DNA of 64,000 nt from Negaprion brevirostris (Eukaryota). The stretch is taken from the NCBI GenBank assembly GCA_030324005.1, contig JARDVH010000193.1, positions 29,256,371 to 29,320,370 on the forward strand. The letters are read 5' to 3'. This document shows, piece after piece, positions 59,753 through 64,000 of this stretch (position 1 is the first letter of the stretch; the number at the start of each line of letters is the position of its first letter). The notes beneath the pieces were generated by a model, which saw only the letters and a list, made by a program, of their open reading frames with translations, had not been told where the DNA came from and made no database searches. Both the position numbers and the translations under genes were made by a program.

Positions 59753-60349
59753 ACCATTGAGCTAACTGTGTGATCCTGAGCTAAGTGTGTTATCCCTGAG
59801 CCTATGCTGATTTTTAACCATCAAGCCACACCTATTTGAAGTGATGGAATGAAAAGCACTTGGAAATGTAGTTGTGTTCCAGCAAAGCTGTTGTAAGATG
59901 AGTAAAATGTATCTGTAATTTTCATCCTCTTATTCAGCTGGAAAATTTACATCAACATTGTAAAATGATTGATGTCTCCTTGTTTAAAGTTCATGGATTG
60001 GTTCACCAATGGGTAAACCCCTGCCGTCCATCACTTAGTACAGGTGATTGCCTTACACAGCAGAAACAGATACGTGAGTCTGGCCTAGTTTTGTTTGGGA
60101 GGATCCATTTCAGGTTGCAGAGCCAAAAAGATATGTTTTAATGTGCACCTCTGCAGTGAGCAAGGTGGCATGTGTGTGGGTTGGGGGTTTTAAAGTGAGT
60201 CTTTCAGTTTCTTGGTGGATCTATTTTATTAGCATTTTTATTTCCATGTTTTTCATTCAATCAAGATCAGCGAGTAGGATAACGACCAGCATTTCAACTC
60301 CAGTATTTAGAAGGACAATCCAAAGAAGCGAGTGGGAAGAGTTTGTGTT

Positions 60350-61620
60350 GGAAAGGAGACCAAAGAGCAAAGCAGCTGCACCTTGCTTCACAGGCCCTGT
60401 TTCCCCTAGGATATGCTGCCATGAGGAGTAGGGGGTACATGTTACTTTCTCGTACTGTGAGGAAGACAATTGCAGCTGTAACCAACAAAGTATACATGGA
60501 GAGATGGCAGAGGAGGTTTCCAGCAATGCCACACTCATGGTCCCAGTGCAGGAAGAGATTTAAGGTCTAAACAGGACAAGAAAGCAGAGAGCAGGGCATA
60601 TTCAGGCATATTCNNNNNNNNNNNNNNNNNNNNNNNNNNNNNNNNNNNNNNNNNNNNNNNNNNNNNNCCTCACTCCTAACACCTCATTCATCCATCCCTT
60701 TCTGTCAGTGCATTTCCACATATCCTCACCTATTCATCCACCACTGGCATCTGTCCTCATCTTAAAGCGATGCCATGCTGCTGCCTCATAGTCACCCTCA
60801 ACAAATGACATCCATCCATTGATTAAATACAAGGTATGGCTCTCAGTCACTAAAATAAAAACAAAATACTGCACATGCTGGAACCTGAAACAAAAACAGA
60901 AAATGCTGGAGAAACTCGCCAGGTCTGACAACATCTGTGGAGAGAGGATAGAGCCAACGATTCGAGTCTGGATGACCTGTTGGCTCTATTTTCTCTCCAC
61001 AGATGCTGTCAGACCTGTTGAGATTTTCTGGCATTTTCTGTTTCTATACTCAGTCACTGGTCATTTCTTTGCTTTTATGCAGGGGCAAAGAGCACAGAAT
61101 GCCCACAAAGGGAAAGAAGTAAATATGAGCCTTCACCCAATTCACCAGCTATTGAGAGGGAGGCGCAGAGTTCAATGGAGTATCGGAAGTGGGGGTCTCC
61201 ACTAGCTAGTGCCAGTATTAAATATCACACAGCCCTATGGTGTACAGCATTCACTCGTGTCAACTTTATATCAACAGCGAGTGAAATACAATCATGTTCA
61301 TACTGATAACTGTCGCCATTCTTATCTTGAGAATACTCATTCATGGTCTTTTATCTCCCATAGGGCCTTTGTGCATTCTGAGGAGGTGGACGAGGTCGCT
61401 GATGAAGATTCCTCAGGGAAAATCCATCCCTCTGAACGCGTATCATCACAGGACCGATCCAGAATTTGCACCAGCTCAGATACTCACAGTTCTGTGGCAC
61501 AGGTTAGTGAGATCCTTGAGATTTCACATTAAAATGAAAAAGAGCAGATAGTACAGTCAGGGACAGCAGTGAAAAGTCCATGTTGGAGACACAGGTCTCT
61601 CCAAACTCTGCCCTGATGGA
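60350..61620 (+). mobile_element. Second decayed Harbinger-associated Myb/SANT-like gene fossil
   Basis: KAAAPCFT..MRSRGYMLL..MAEEVSS..SWSQCRKRF at 60350-60570. Acceptor TTTATGCAG (61082) then GQRAQNAHK. Acceptor CTCCCATAG (61363) then ..CTSSDTHSSV. Same exon layout as the 1620-3933 fossil. Confidence 0.62.
60852..61048. mobile_element. Penelope-like hairpin element with 10-bp TSD
   Basis: AACAGAAAATGCTGGAGAAACTC..AGGTCTGACAACATCTGTGGAGAGA..ATAGAGCCAAC is mirrored by GTTGGCTCTAT..TCTCTCCACAGATGCTGTCAGACCT..GCATTTTCTGTT. CTCAGTCACT at 60842-60851 and 61049-61058. Confidence 0.78.
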
Positions 61621-61624
61621 TGTT

Positions 61625-61772
61625 GATATTACATGTATTAGTGTACGGTGAAAAGTATTGTTTCTGGCATGCTATACAGACAAACATACCATTCATAGAG
61701 AAGGAAACAACAGAGTGCAGAATGTAGTATTACAGTCATAGCTAGGGTGTAGAGAAAGATCAACTTAATACG
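61625..61772 (-). mobile_element. Rex1-type LINE 3' tail
   Basis: ACATGTATTAGTGTACGGTGAAAAGTATTG..GCTAGGGTGTAGAGAAAGATCAACTTAAT. Confidence 0.8.
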
Positions 61773-61948
61773 ACATCCAAATCTGTAAGAGATTGTAATA
61801 CAGCGTTTTTAGGGAGTTTATAAGATTTAGAATAGAGTTTTAAAAGCANNNNNNNNNNNNNNNNNNNNNNNNNNNNNNNNNNNNNNNNNNNNNNNNNNNN
61901 NNNNNNNNNNNNNNNNNNNNNNNNNNNNNNNNNNNNNNNNNNNNNNNN

Positions 61949-62025
61949 GATGTGATCGGCGCAACTCGTGGGCCGAAGGGCCTGTTTGTGCTGTAGTGTT
62001 CTATGTTCTATGTTCTATGTTCTAT
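61949..62025 (+). mobile_element. CR1 extreme 3' tail emerging from N-gap
   Basis: GATCGGCGCAACTCGTGGGCCGAAGGGCCTGTT..(TGTTCTA)4; CpGs intact, so probably young. Confidence 0.85.
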
Positions 62026-62634
62026 ATGCTGGGCACAGCTCGCATGATGTTGCCATGCTCCGGTGCCATCTTGGTTTTCTGAGGATGAAGAAGAGGATCA
62101 TTGAGTAGTAGTAAAAACTGTGCATCTCGAGCACGCTGTCCACAATTGCAGACAGATTTCAGGAATCCACATCAAATGCAGCAATCAACCAAGTGCACAC
62201 AAACCTTTGGCAAGGGCTTGCAGGCTTCGGATGCCACCTTAAGTAGGATGACTGATTCTTCAGCTTTGACCTTGCATCACTCCACTGATCTGCACTACAG
62301 TTTTCCTGAGTAGGATAGCAGGGCTGAGTGTCCAGGCAATGAGTGCAATGGTGACAAAAGAGAATGCGGAAGTGGGGCTCTGCTCAAAATACTTTGCCTG
62401 TTGCCACGCCAGCTCTGCACTCCCAGTCAACACAAAGCCTGTTGTCCCATGGCTCAATGGCCAGCTCTGCTCCAGCCCATATGCAGATATAGCAGATTTT
62501 GACTGACTCTTCGGATTCCAAGATAATTGGCCAAGAGCATCTCAATAATCAGAGCAGCCTATCCCTGGCTCAGCAGAACAGGGCTTGCAGCACATCGAAG
62601 AGCTAGGAAAAGGAAGAATGAAGATTTGAAGATT

Positions 62635-62765
62635 TTGCACTTCTGATGACAGGTCATTGATCTGAAATGTTAACTGTGTTTTTCCCTCCACATATGCTGC
62701 CTCACCTACTGAGTATTTCCAGCATCTTCGGCTTTTGTTTCAGATTTCCAGCATTGTAGTATTCT
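62635..62765 (+). mobile_element. Penelope-like terminal repeat with minimal hammerhead-like core
   Basis: CTGATGA-C-AGGTC-ATT-GATCT-GAAA-TGTT followed by CTCCACATATGCTG..ACCTACTGAGTATTTCCAGCAT, similar to the right arm of 60852-61048. Confidence 0.65.
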
Positions 62766-63230
62766 ACATATTCTTTGATTAGTGAAGTTTGGTAGTTATA
62801 ACTGGGAATGTTATACTTTATTAGATTGTTATATTTCTTTCTCTCATTGCACCACTTCCCTGTGTTGCTGTCTCTTATAGGCTGGTTGTTCAGTTGGTTT
62901 TTCAATTGTTTGATGATGAATAGGAAGACCAGTTCCAATGGGGCAGGGAAGGTGGTGGTGGGATGCTATGATGGAGATACTTGCTTTGTGCTAGTGGCAT
63001 TGGGGTTGGAGAGGGAGCCAAATTGGGTTGAATTTGCGAGATGGTTGCAGCAACAGAATCGAACTTGCAACAACCAGGGAGCAGTGTGTATTGCTGGTAA
63101 TGTATCACCCTCATTGCATTCCACCACCACCTCACCCTCCTCATTCTCCTTGGAATCCTTTGATGTGACTCTGAGTTTTGCACTTTGATCCTCCTGCATT
63201 TCTAGATCTCACTGTTGGGCATTTAAAAAA

Positions 63231-63609
63231 AATCATTCATGGGACATTGGTGTGACTGGCAGGGCCAGCATTTATTGCCCATCCTTAGTTGCTCTTTGAA
63301 CTGAGTGGCTTGCTAGGCCATTTCAGAGGGCAGTTGAAACTCAACCACATTGCTGTGGCTCTGGAGTCACATGTAGACCAGATCAGGTAAGGGCAGCAGA
63401 TTTCCTTCCCTTAAGGACATTAGTGAACCAGATGGATTTTTCTGACATTTGACAACAGTTTCATGGTTATCAGTAAATTCTTAATTTCAGATGTTGTTAT
63501 TGAATTAAAATTCCACCATCTGCCGGTATGGGAATCGAACACAGGTCGCCAGAACATGAGCTGAGTTCCTGGATTAATAATCTAGCGCTACTATCATTAG
63601 GCCATCACC
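63231..63609 (-). mobile_element. tRNA-derived SINE, second family
   Basis: Near-colinear with 9827-10177 (GGACATTAGTGAACCAGATGG, GCCAGCATTTATTGCCCATCC). Confidence 0.87.
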
Positions 63610-63685
63610 AGAGTGGATCCCCAGCTGGTACATGCTGAAGGGCACTTCTAGGTCTGTCCAGGGACTTGAGGAAAACCTCAACCTG

Positions 63686-63758
63686 CCCGTGGCTTACTTG
63701 ATTACATTTCTACCCTTGGCTTGTGTACACATCTGCCCTTGGCTTGTTTGCACATCTG
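63686..63758. repeat. ~23-bp tandem repeat, 3 degenerate units
   Basis: CCCTTGGCTTGTGTACACATCTG / CCCTTGGCTTGTTTGCACATCTG plus a looser first unit. Confidence 0.75.
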
Positions 63759-64000
63759 CTGGTCATCCAATATTTATTGTATTGCCCCTGGAATGGTTTT
63801 TTTCAGACAGCTATCATCAGCTGCATTGTTTCTGCGCAGCCAGCCTGTAAATCTGCTCACTGCTGTGAGGATGTTCGGGAAGGCGGATAGCTGCAGCACG
63901 AAAGCATCGTGGCAACTTCACGGGAATCTTGTGCACACCTGCATTCCTTTTCCTGCTTGCGCACCAGCTGCACATTGATGGAGTGGAAACATCTGGATGA

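Noticed and set aside
62100-62590. Possible very old LINE ORF2 remnant
   Set aside because: Motifs too degraded to call by eye.
1-64000. A novel multi-gene system (defence island, operon, viral insertion)
   Set aside because: Only one intact long ORF exists; all other recognisable peptides are decayed transposon fragments.

Overview
Vertebrate genomic DNA, almost certainly from a shark/elasmobranch (repeat families are HE1-type V-SINEs, HER1/CR1, DeuSINE, Rex1 and Harbinger types), in a draft assembly with 11 N-gaps. The only real gene is TSHZ3 (teashirt zinc finger homeobox 3). Its large terminal coding exon is on + at 43071-46285, entered through a phase-1 splice acceptor, and a ~2.6 kb 3'UTR follows. 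Exon 1 is not visible, so 1-43070 is most likely the distal part of a very long intron. That stretch and the last 5 kb are dense in decayed retroelements (CR1, L2, Rex1, at least three tRNA-SINE families, Penelope-like hairpins) and Harbinger-type fossils and MITEs. AT-rich blocks that look like conserved non-coding enhancers sit between them. I see no new multi-gene system. Best second-look items: (i) a ~200-bp inverted copy of local unique DNA captured inside a SINE (30.2 kb vs 31.4 kb); (ii) eight TALE/MEIS-type TGACA sites in 218 bp of TSHZ3 coding sequence; (iii) Penelope-like elements, some hairpin-shaped with target-site duplications and one with a near-intact minimal hammerhead core; (iv) one V-SINE head carried with two unrelated tails; (v) tandem amplification of SINE A-box regions in two families. 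Repeat family names come from recognising sequence and peptide motifs, not from a database search.
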